A stretch of DNA of 56,791 nucleotides from a virus (Duplodnaviria; Caudoviricetes): positions 1 through 56,791 of the IMG/VR virus record IMGVR_UViG_3300030060_005193. One strand, given 5' to 3'. Of this stretch, positions 9,322-16,868 are shown one piece after another; the first letter of the stretch is position 1, and each line of letters begins with the position of its first letter. The notes below the pieces were generated by a model, which saw only the letters and a list, made by a program, of their open reading frames with translations, had not been told where the DNA came from and ran no database searches. The position numbers were made by a program, and so were the translations under genes.

Positions 9322-9741
9322 ATGCCGATTAACTCCAGAAATAAAGGCGCACAATTTGAACGCGACATAGCAAAAATTTTAAATAATTTTTTTTCTGAAA
9401 ATAATATTGATTTTAAAACAAAACGTAACTTGGACCAGTACCAAGAAAAAGATTTATGTGATTTAGATATACCCTTTCATGCGGTTGAGTGTAAATTCTA
9501 TAAAGAAGGCGAATGGCTGAAACAAGCCTGGTGGAATCAAGTTTGCAGCTCCAGTAATGGTAGGATTCCAGCCTTGATATTTAAGTTCAACCGCAGACCC
9601 ATCCGAGTTTGCATACCCTTGTATGCTATGAACCTAGACTGGCCACAAGAAGATGACAAAATTTGCGTCATGTCTATTGAGGACTGGTTAGATGTTCTAA
9701 AAAAGAACTGGAGAAACTATGACAGCTACTTTAAAACCTAA
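9322..9741 (+). CDS. Holliday-junction-resolvase-like PD-(D/E)XK nuclease
   Basis: NSRNKGAQFER, CDL, AVECK, WWNQ. Confidence 0.75.
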   Translation: MPINSRNKGAQFERDIAKILNNFFSENNIDFKTKRNLDQYQEKDLCDLDIPFHAVECKFYKEGEWLKQAWWNQVCSSSNGRIPALIFKFNRRPIRVCIPLYAMNLDWPQEDDKICVMSIEDWLDVLKKNWRNYDSYFKT

Positions 9742-10273
9742 TCACGGCGTAACTGGACTATCTATCACTCAAGATGAAGTAGATTTATTCTTAGATTACC
9801 TGGTTGAATCTGAACCTGTGCAGGCAAAAGTGCACGAAAGCGCTAAGGAAACAGCAAATACTGATATTCGTGATGCTGAAATACATTATATTGATGCTAA
9901 AGAGGACAGATTGTATAGAATCCTCAATAAAATAGCGGTTTCTGCTAACAAATACTTCAATTATGAGATAGATGGCATAGAAACAGCACAAATTATCCAC
10001 TATAAAGCACCGAGTAACGGCTATGGCTATCATATTGACATAGGACCCGACGGTACAGCTGCTACTCGCAAGATAAGTATGACACTTGCCCTTAATAATG
10101 AGTATGATGGCGGCGAATTATGCTTTAGGACTAGCGATAATGCTAGTTGCACGCGACCGCAGATAGGTGAAATAGTTGCTTTTAGCTCTTTTATCTCGCA
10201 CCAGGTCAAGCCTGTAACCAAAGGCGACCGATATGTCGTTGTTGCTTGGTTTACTGGCCCGCCGTTTCGCTAG
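9719..10273 (+). CDS. 2OG-Fe(II) oxygenase (PKHD/prolyl-hydroxylase type)
   Basis: YHID, RKISMT, YDGGEL, HQVKPVTKGDRY. Confidence 0.9.
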   Translation: MTATLKPNHGVTGLSITQDEVDLFLDYLVESEPVQAKVHESAKETANTDIRDAEIHYIDAKEDRLYRILNKIAVSANKYFNYEIDGIETAQIIHYKAPSNGYGYHIDIGPDGTAATRKISMTLALNNEYDGGELCFRTSDNASCTRPQIGEIVAFSSFISHQVKPVTKGDRYVVVAWFTGPPFR

Positions 10274-10365
10274 AAAGCAGGCGTAAATAGTTTAATTAAA
10301 TTTTTTAAAGCATTATCGCTTAGATGCCTTAAATGTTCTGGTATTTTTCTTCTATCTACTTTCAT
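10270..10365 (-). CDS. Small hypothetical peptide (31 aa, not in the ORF track)
   Basis: MKVDRRKIPEHLRHLSDNALKNLIKLFTPAF; ATGA coupling with upstream gene; stop overlaps the convergent gene stop in CTAG. Confidence 0.45.
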   Translation of the reverse strand: MKVDRRKIPEHLRHLSDNALKNLIKLFTPAF

Positions 10366-10580
10366 TCCTTCTCCTTATAATATTTTTCTACTATAAAAAC
10401 CGCTTGTCTGTTTGCCTCGTCTGCCATTTCGTGCAAAGCATCAATTTCTTTTAAAATACTATCACGCTCAAAAAGATTTGTAACATTTGGCAAGCTATCC
10501 TCTAGCTTTTCAACCTCGTCGTTACACAAATCACGCAACCTTTGCGCTACCTTTTCTATCTGGACAACCTTATCTGTCAT
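10362..10580 (-). CDS. Hypothetical protein
   Basis: ORF with GGAG RBS in leftward operon. Confidence 0.7.
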   Translation of the reverse strand: MTDKVVQIEKVAQRLRDLCNDEVEKLEDSLPNVTNLFERDSILKEIDALHEMADEANRQAVFIVEKYYKEKE

Positions 10581-10597
10581 TTTGTTTCTCCAAGTAT

Positions 10598-10897
10598 TTA
10601 TAATCCAGCGTCTTTTAATTTTTTTACAAGTTTTGCCATAATGGTATAACTTAGCTCTTCTTCAAATATAAATTTATACAGGCTGCCCCAAAAAATTTTA
10701 TATTTTTCTGCAACCTTTCTAATAATTTTTATATTTTCTTTTTTGTTATCTATATATTGACGACCATTTTTTTCTTGAACTAAATATGGTTGCATAATTT
10801 TTTGTATTTTATTTTGGTAAATATGTATTTCATCAATAGTTACTGGCACACAATCGTCAATATTAAACTTTTTTTTAGAAAAACAATTAAGCTTCAT
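10598..10897 (-). CDS. Hypothetical protein
   Basis: ORF in operon; VAEKYKIFWGSL motif. Confidence 0.6.
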   Translation of the reverse strand: MKLNCFSKKKFNIDDCVPVTIDEIHIYQNKIQKIMQPYLVQEKNGRQYIDNKKENIKIIRKVAEKYKIFWGSLYKFIFEEELSYTIMAKLVKKLKDAGL

Positions 10898-11111
10898 TTT
10901 GTTTCTCCAATATTTTTTCTGCTGTTTCTACAGACTTTTTAATACTTTTTAAACTTTGATTTGATAATTGTTGTAATGCTCCCCAATAACAATTATATTT
11001 TTTAGATAAATATCTACAGGTAGCAATTTCACCTATACCTTGACTTGTATAAGATTTTATTTCTTCTGCAATAATCTCTCTTGCTTTTTTTATATCATCA
11101 GCATCAATCAT
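10887..11111 (-). CDS. Hypothetical protein (possible HTH)
   Basis: Start moved to MIDADD after GGAG; LSKKYNCYWGAL motif. Confidence 0.6.
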   Translation of the reverse strand: MIDADDIKKAREIIAEEIKSYTSQGIGEIATCRYLSKKYNCYWGALQQLSNQSLKSIKKSVETAEKILEKQNEA

Positions 11112-11322
11112 TTTCTTTCTCCAATATTTCTGCTTTCTTATTTTTAAATGCCTGGATAATTTTTGCATGTAACTTTGCATCGGTACCCTTAATGACATCC
11201 AGCTGCGACTTGTTACGCAAATAATAGCTCTCCAAACATTCAACGCTTTTGTTGCCATCCATAAAAGTTATAAATGCCTCAGTAAGATATTCTGCAAAGT
11301 CTTGTTTCATTTTTTTATTCAT
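11104..11322 (-). CDS. Hypothetical protein
   Basis: ORF in tightly packed operon. Confidence 0.65.
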   Translation of the reverse strand: MNKKMKQDFAEYLTEAFITFMDGNKSVECLESYYLRNKSQLDVIKGTDAKLHAKIIQAFKNKKAEILEKEND

Positions 11323-11725
11323 ATCTAGTTAGAGTAATTTTTGTTTGGCCATCAACTGTTTTAGCAACTCTTAAAACTCTGTACCCGCATCTGCGAGTTG
11401 CCTGGTAAAAATTTGCTGCATCTTTTGGACAAGCAAATATAGCGCTATCACCAACTTTTAATTGTCTTGCCTCATTACCCCATCCTGCATAAAATTTACC
11501 CTTTGTATAATCATAAGCGATAGCACCTTCAATTAATTTACCGAATTGCGCGTTGTATTTTATTTCTTGAGCTATCTGATTTTTGGATGGCTTTGGATTA
11601 GAAAAAGCATCTATCTTCATTTGCAGCAAATCTAGCCTAGCGTTCAGTTCAATAAACTCAACTCGCATATCATGCACAATCGCTGCAATTTCTGTTGCGT
11701 CTTTTATTAATTCTTTTTTATCCAT
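11315..11725 (-). CDS. Hypothetical protein (coiled coil plus small C-terminal domain)
   Basis: ORF in operon, TAATG coupling. Confidence 0.65.
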   Translation of the reverse strand: MDKKELIKDATEIAAIVHDMRVEFIELNARLDLLQMKIDAFSNPKPSKNQIAQEIKYNAQFGKLIEGAIAYDYTKGKFYAGWGNEARQLKVGDSAIFACPKDAANFYQATRRCGYRVLRVAKTVDGQTKITLTRYE

Positions 11726-11928
11726 TAGTGCAACCTGTTCTTAAAACTAATGCCGACTATGTTGCCGTTCATAGCCTCTATCTCTTTCCACAACTCAATC
11801 TCTTTTTCTGTCATATCCTTGGGTGATATATCGCCATAAGGTTTGTTGTGTTTGTTTGCCAGGTATCTCATAAAGATACCTTTCATTAAAGGTCCTACCC
11901 AATTCTTTACATGTTTTGGTTCGCTCAT
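11725..11928 (-). CDS. Hypothetical protein
   Basis: First gene of leftward operon, GGAG RBS. Confidence 0.65.
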   Translation of the reverse strand: MSEPKHVKNWVGPLMKGIFMRYLANKHNKPYGDISPKDMTEKEIELWKEIEAMNGNIVGISFKNRLH

Positions 11929-11959
11929 AATTTACTCCAATTAATTAATTACAAAAAAG

Positions 11960-12010
11960 ATTATATAATAATGTATAAATAGTTGCAAATATTTATGAAA
12001 CTGTTATTAT
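11960..12010. promoter_or_regulatory. Divergent promoters sharing one palindromic -35 hexamer (TTGCAA, 11983-11988)
   Basis: Minus: TTGCAA-N17-TATAAT; plus: TTGCAA-N16-TATTAT with TG extension. Confidence 0.65.
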
Positions 12011-12045
12011 TGTATTGTGAGTAACAAATTAAATAAGGAGGAAAT

Positions 12046-12207
12046 ATGGAAGATAACGAATCAGTAAAAATAACTTGCGAAGAATGTCATGGTAGCGGAG
12101 TATCAAGAACTATGAATGGAGATATGGGAGTTGATAGTTGTTGGTGTTGTGATGGTTATGGATATTACAGAGAATACTACACTGTTGAAAAAATAAATAA
12201 GGAGTAA
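12046..12207 (+). CDS. Small DnaJ-type zinc-finger protein (53 aa, not in the ORF track)
   Basis: CEECHGSG...CWCCDGYG; AAGGAGG RBS. Confidence 0.65.
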   Translation: MEDNESVKITCEECHGSGVSRTMNGDMGVDSCWCCDGYGYYREYYTVEKINKE

Positions 12208-12209
12208 AT

Positions 12210-12395
12210 ATGGAAAACCTAGAACAATTAAAACAGGAAAGGACCAAATATATCAAAGCATATAGAAACTGCACACCTTATAAAAATCAAACACTGCAAG
12301 AATTTGCAGAAATGAGAAAAGGTTTTGGTAGAAAGCACCAAGAGCTAGATAAGCAAATTAAAAAAATTCAAAGAAACATAAGGAGTAAAGCATGA
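12210..12395 (+). CDS. Hypothetical protein
   Basis: AAGGAG RBS. Confidence 0.65.
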   Translation: MENLEQLKQERTKYIKAYRNCTPYKNQTLQEFAEMRKGFGRKHQELDKQIKKIQRNIRSKA

Positions 12396-12682
12396 ACAAT
12401 GAAGACAAAGTTTGGTATATAAAAGTTGATGGCAAAGATGTGCCTATTTCTAAAAAGGGGGGTTGGGTAAAAATTGATGGTGAAGATGTATGGACACATA
12501 ACGAATTATTACCAAACGATACATATAATCAAAAAAGAGTAGATAACTTTACTAAAAATATGAACGAAGCGATTGAAAGTTACGAAAAGGAAATAAAAGA
12601 CCTAGAACAACAAAGAGATAGAATAAAAATTATGTATCAGGATTTAATAAGAAAAGAAGAAGCAAAATTAAACAAGGAGTAA
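12392..12682 (+). CDS. Hypothetical protein
   Basis: AAGGAG RBS; internal WYIKVDG/WVKIDG repeat and coiled coil. Confidence 0.65.
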   Translation: MNNEDKVWYIKVDGKDVPISKKGGWVKIDGEDVWTHNELLPNDTYNQKRVDNFTKNMNEAIESYEKEIKDLEQQRDRIKIMYQDLIRKEEAKLNKE

Positions 12683-12685
12683 ATA

Positions 12686-12895
12686 ATGGCAATAAATAGA
12701 AACTTTAAAGATATTGAGGAGGCAAGAGATTGCATAAGGCAAATTGCTGCGACACTCAATCCGCATAAAGCTGTGATAAAACAAAAACGCGTTGACATAG
12801 TTGTTGGCAACGATAACGACTATGACCTGTTGACCAAAGGGTTGGTTGGCATGAAGAACGTAAAATGGATTGGCATAGAAAAGGAGGAAATGTGA
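12686..12895 (+). CDS. Hypothetical protein
   Basis: AAGGAG RBS. Confidence 0.6.
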   Translation: MAINRNFKDIEEARDCIRQIAATLNPHKAVIKQKRVDIVVGNDNDYDLLTKGLVGMKNVKWIGIEKEEM

Positions 12896-13554
12896 AAATA
12901 TTAATAGCCTGTGAAACCAGTGGAATTGTTCGTGAGGCTTTTCTTGCAGCTGGCCACAACGCTTGGTCGTGCGATATATTAAAATCAGACACATCAACAA
13001 ACAGACATATCCAGGACGATGTTAGAAACGTTCTTGTTATGGATGATTGGGATATGTTGATGGTTGCCCACCCGCCGTGCACTAGACTTTGTTTGTCGGG
13101 CGCTAGGTGGTATAAGGTTCCTCCACCAGGTAAAACATTAGAACAAATGGAGCAAGAACTAATAGATGGTTGCAAGTTGCTGTCTGACCTTTGGAACGCA
13201 GATGTGCCCAAAATTGCTATTGAAAATCCAATAATGTTATCCAGAGCAAGAAAAAAAATCCAAGAAATATCTGATAGAGAGTTTCCCTGGAACCCTACAC
13301 AATATGTTCAACCCTACGAATTTGCAGAAAGCATAGATGCAGAAGACAACATAACAAAGAAAACAAGTCTTTGGCTAAAGAACCTGCCGCCACTAATACC
13401 GACAGGAACGCTTACAAAAGAAACAGCTAGGGACGATATACACAAAGCACCTCCAGGACCAGATAGATGGAAAGTAAGAAGTAAGTTTCATCATGGCATG
13501 GCTAAAGCTATGGCAGAACAATGGGGTGGCAATTTAATTAAGGAGGCAGCATGA
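12892..13554 (+). CDS. DNA cytosine-5 methyltransferase-like protein
   Basis: ILIACETSG (motif I variant), HPPC catalytic motif, ENP, AKAMAEQWG; GTG start after AGGAGG. Confidence 0.8.
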   Translation: MKILIACETSGIVREAFLAAGHNAWSCDILKSDTSTNRHIQDDVRNVLVMDDWDMLMVAHPPCTRLCLSGARWYKVPPPGKTLEQMEQELIDGCKLLSDLWNADVPKIAIENPIMLSRARKKIQEISDREFPWNPTQYVQPYEFAESIDAEDNITKKTSLWLKNLPPLIPTGTLTKETARDDIHKAPPGPDRWKVRSKFHHGMAKAMAEQWGGNLIKEAA

Positions 13555-14339
13555 TTGAACCAAGAAAGCAAGTAAACAATATCTATGGCTATATCAGAGT
13601 ATCATCTGAGCAACAGGCCAAAGACGGCTCTTCACTTGAGGAGCAAAAGAAATCTATTGAGCAGTTTGTTGCAAGCAAATACAACGGTCGCAAGGTAGAT
13701 AAGTTTTTTACTGACGCTGGCATTAGCGGCATGAAGCCTTTACTAGAAAGACCAGGCTCCAGAGAGTTGACCGATGTCATGGACAAGCATGATGTAATAA
13801 TAGCAACCAAACTAGACAGACTTGCTAGGTCTTTTTTAGAAATGGTTAATATGATACCAACGCTTGAAGAGTCAGGCATCACACTTTATTTTTGTGATAT
13901 GTTTGGTGATATACCAGTTGTTTTGCCCAAAGAGACAGAAAAGACAGGTCTTGAGGCCAAAATGGATATGACCAGAATTGCAAACCAACAACTGATAACT
14001 AATATGGCTATGTTTGCCGAGATAGAAAGAGAAACGATTATGTCCAGGCTAAACGGTGGCAAGTTAGTTTATGCGGAAAAAGGCTACTCAATCGGTGGTC
14101 AAACACCCTTTGGCTATAAGAAAGAGTATGATAACTCTGGTAGCAGACGCAGAACTAAGCTAGTACCGATACCAGAAGAGCAAGCGGTGTTAAAACATAT
14201 CTATGCTTTACGAGCTAAAGGACTAGGAGCTAGAAAGATAGCGAAACAGATACAAAGCTTACATCCAGGCTATGAGGAGTTTCCGTATCACAAGGTCCAC
14301 AGGATTTTACAAAGAAAATTCCAAGGCCTGCACGAATAG
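13551..14339 (+). CDS. Serine recombinase (resolvase domain plus short recombinase-like domain)
   Basis: YIRVSS catalytic Ser, DAGISG, KLDRLARS, FAEIERETI, GGQTPFGY. Confidence 0.9.
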   Translation: MIEPRKQVNNIYGYIRVSSEQQAKDGSSLEEQKKSIEQFVASKYNGRKVDKFFTDAGISGMKPLLERPGSRELTDVMDKHDVIIATKLDRLARSFLEMVNMIPTLEESGITLYFCDMFGDIPVVLPKETEKTGLEAKMDMTRIANQQLITNMAMFAEIERETIMSRLNGGKLVYAEKGYSIGGQTPFGYKKEYDNSGSRRRTKLVPIPEEQAVLKHIYALRAKGLGARKIAKQIQSLHPGYEEFPYHKVHRILQRKFQGLHE

Positions 14340-14370
14340 ATTAATCTGACAATTTAGTTATAATCAGTTT

Positions 14371-16116
14371 ATGCAATCAATTAGTGGCATAAACATTTTT
14401 GAATCTTTGTCCCCAGAGGACATGCAAGATATTTTATTGCGCCCACAAACCGATATATCACAATACATCAAACCTGATGATAGAGATATTTTAGATAGAG
14501 GTATTGAAGAGTTTGAAGAAAATGTGCCTCTTGTAGCTCAAATAGGCTACGGCTTTACTCCGCCTGGAATGGCCCACGATGTTATCACAGCTGGCAAATA
14601 CGGTCGTGATGCTTTCAGAGACTTTGGCGAGGGACAAGTTAAAGCTGGTTTAATGAACACAGGCATAGCTGGACTATCAGCGCTAGGAGCTATACCGCTT
14701 TTAGGCGACCTAGCAAGAGGACCCAAGTCTGCACTTAAAAAAGGAATAAAATCACTTGATGAAAAACCAATAAAAGTAAACAGAGATATAATTAGGATGC
14801 ATCAAGCAGATTTGAACACAGGCAATCCACTAGCTGATGCTTATAAAATGCGCGCTAGAGCAGAAAGATTAAGTCCAGAGTTTCAAGAGTTTACGCAAAA
14901 TATGGCAAGAAGTTTAAATCTTGAAACAACACTACCAGAACTATCTGGTAAGTTAGGCAGTGTCGGAGAACCTTTCGGTACTTTAAAAGGCATACCAAGA
15001 ATGGTAGAAAAGACTAGAGATAAATACAAAGGCAACATTTCTGGCTTAACCGACCCAATGAGAAAGAGAGTTGTGGTAAATACACCTGCCGAAGAGGAGG
15101 CTTTTGTAAAGCTTTTAGGCGACAGCGGCTATCAATTTTTTGACAAAGGAAGAGTTGTAAAGCCAGAGGGTTTTGTTGACAGAAAAATAAACCTCGCATT
15201 TACTGGCTCAAACGGTGAGCCTCTTGTAGCCGAAATAGGTTTAATAACAGCTCCCATGTGGCGCGCCTCTACAAAACAACACGATTTTTATGAAGAATTT
15301 AGAGCTATATTACCTGACGGTATGCCAACTACAGCAGCACAAAGACGCATGATTAATGATGAAACCTTCGCAAAAGCAAAAGAGCTTGATGATAAAATGA
15401 AACAAATTTTTTCTGATGCTAAAAATCAGATAGACCCAGCTTTTTATGATGTTGTTGGGTCTTCAAAAAAAGGCATAGCGAACTTAGATGTTGCGTCAAA
15501 AGACCTTTTAGAAGAATTTAATTTAAGAGGCGGTGCAAAATTAGATTCACAGAATAACGTCACTCTATATCATAGAACAAACAAAGAGTCAGCTGACAAA
15601 ATCAAAAAAACTGGCAAGATGGTTGGCAAAGAAGACAGAATATATTTTTCAACAAAACCAAGCGGAGCAATTAAAGGATATGGAGACGAGCTAGTAGAAG
15701 TAAAGATACCTATAAAAGATTTGAATATTGAAGACATATTTTCCGATGAAGTGCATGTAACGCTTAAATCTAACTTTAAGCCAACAGATGTGGTTGTTAA
15801 AAAGTTTGCTAGTGGTGGTTATGTTACATCTGGAAGTTCTGGTAAATCTGCACCGATAACACCAAACTTACTTTCAAAGGCTTCTTTTGACATTTTTGAA
15901 CCGTCCAGCAAAAAATCTGCAAATTGTTTTGGCGTAGCCACAGACCAATCTGACTCGTTTTCTGCTATGAAAAAACCATCCCTACCATCATCGTATGATT
16001 CAATGACGGCTGGCCCTTCTTCCCATGTAAAATATAATCTTTCCATCAACCCTAGTTTACAAAAATTTACAAATAATTACAACCTAAACGATGTAAGTAT
16101 TTTTGAGGTAGAATAA
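14371..16116 (+). CDS. Polymorphic-toxin-like polyvalent protein: pre-toxin-TG-like helix, RelA/SpoT-like synthetase, ADP-ribosyltransferase-like domain
   Basis: ALGAIPLLGD; LKGIPRMVEK/TDPMRKR/GFVD/AEIGL/HDFYE; VTLYHRT/IYFST/GYG/EVH. Confidence 0.65.
   Translation: MQSISGINIFESLSPEDMQDILLRPQTDISQYIKPDDRDILDRGIEEFEENVPLVAQIGYGFTPPGMAHDVITAGKYGRDAFRDFGEGQVKAGLMNTGIAGLSALGAIPLLGDLARGPKSALKKGIKSLDEKPIKVNRDIIRMHQADLNTGNPLADAYKMRARAERLSPEFQEFTQNMARSLNLETTLPELSGKLGSVGEPFGTLKGIPRMVEKTRDKYKGNISGLTDPMRKRVVVNTPAEEEAFVKLLGDSGYQFFDKGRVVKPEGFVDRKINLAFTGSNGEPLVAEIGLITAPMWRASTKQHDFYEEFRAILPDGMPTTAAQRRMINDETFAKAKELDDKMKQIFSDAKNQIDPAFYDVVGSSKKGIANLDVASKDLLEEFNLRGGAKLDSQNNVTLYHRTNKESADKIKKTGKMVGKEDRIYFSTKPSGAIKGYGDELVEVKIPIKDLNIEDIFSDEVHVTLKSNFKPTDVVVKKFASGGYVTSGSSGKSAPITPNLLSKASFDIFEPSSKKSANCFGVATDQSDSFSAMKKPSLPSSYDSMTAGPSSHVKYNLSINPSLQKFTNNYNLNDVSIFEVE
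15819..16046 (-). CDS. Acidic 75-aa protein antisense within the toxin 3' end; candidate immunity protein
   Basis: Globular-looking acidic/aromatic sequence; the opposite frame is Ser-rich low complexity; own promoter 7 nt upstream. Confidence 0.65.
   Translation of the reverse strand: MERLYFTWEEGPAVIESYDDGRDGFFIAENESDWSVATPKQFADFLLDGSKMSKEAFESKFGVIGADLPELPDVT
16054..16082 (-). promoter_or_regulatory. Promoter of the antisense gene with a three-copy TTGTAA array
   Basis: Minus strand TTGTAA(16082)-N17-TAAACT(16059); TTGTAA at 16082, 16072, 16062. Confidence 0.65.
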
Positions 16117-16120
16117 CACA

Positions 16121-16261
16121 ATGACCGATAAAGAAAAAATAATAAGCGCTATAGCTACGATTGACTCTATGCTTTCGCTTGATTTTATGACGGACCCTGT
16201 GCGAGCAGACCTCACATCAATCAAGACTTTATTAGAGCAAGTTCGCGATAACTTAAGCTAA
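16121..16261 (+). CDS. Small helical protein (46 aa, not in the ORF track)
   Basis: MTDKEKIISAIATIDSMLSLDFMTDPVRADLTSIKTLLEQVRDNLS; TAGAAT 6 nt upstream; TAATG coupling to next gene. Confidence 0.6.
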   Translation: MTDKEKIISAIATIDSMLSLDFMTDPVRADLTSIKTLLEQVRDNLS

Positions 16262-16848
16262 TGGCTAATATCAACGGCTGGGGTAGAGGTGCCTGGGACG
16301 AAGGTGCGTGGGGAACCGCGCTACCAGTAAACCTTACCACCGTTGGAGCAATCACATCTGGTCTTGGCTCTGTAAGCGTAGTTGCAAAAGCAAACGTAAC
16401 CCCAGCAACACAAGTTATAACATCAGCACTAGGAACTACATCTGTAGTGGCTGGAGCTGTAGTAAGTGTTACAGGTCAAGCAGCCACATCAGCTCTTGGC
16501 ACACCTACCACAGATGCAAAAGCAAATGTAAGCGTTGGAACTTTAGTTACTACCTCAGCATTAGGTTCTGTAATTGTTCACGAAAACGAGGTTATTAACC
16601 TTACTGGTCAAAGTATTACAGCAGGATTAAGCGATGTAACACCACAAGCTGCGGCTATAGTAAGCCTTATTGGAGTAAGCGCTACGGCCTCTCCAGGCTT
16701 TATTATGGTGTATGGTTTGATAGATACCGACCAAACACCAAGTTATTCAGAAGTATCTACGACACAAACTGCTGGCTATTCAGAGGTTGCGACAACGCAA
16801 TCTCCAAACTATACTACAATAGATGCAGGTAGAGACGAGGCAGCATAA
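16261..16848 (+). CDS. Putative tail/fibre-associated structural protein
   Basis: GWGRGAWDEGAWG N-terminus (similar motif in 45131 ORF); Thr/Ser/Val-rich repeats; precedes tail fibre. Confidence 0.55.
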   Translation: MANINGWGRGAWDEGAWGTALPVNLTTVGAITSGLGSVSVVAKANVTPATQVITSALGTTSVVAGAVVSVTGQAATSALGTPTTDAKANVSVGTLVTTSALGSVIVHENEVINLTGQSITAGLSDVTPQAAAIVSLIGVSATASPGFIMVYGLIDTDQTPSYSEVSTTQTAGYSEVATTQSPNYTTIDAGRDEAA

Positions 16849-16868
16849 AATTATTGAGGAAATAAAAT

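Noticed and set aside
13551-14339. IS607-like insertion sequence
   Set aside because: No N-terminal MerR-type HTH, no adjacent TnpB, no element ends seen; the gene is coupled into a phage operon
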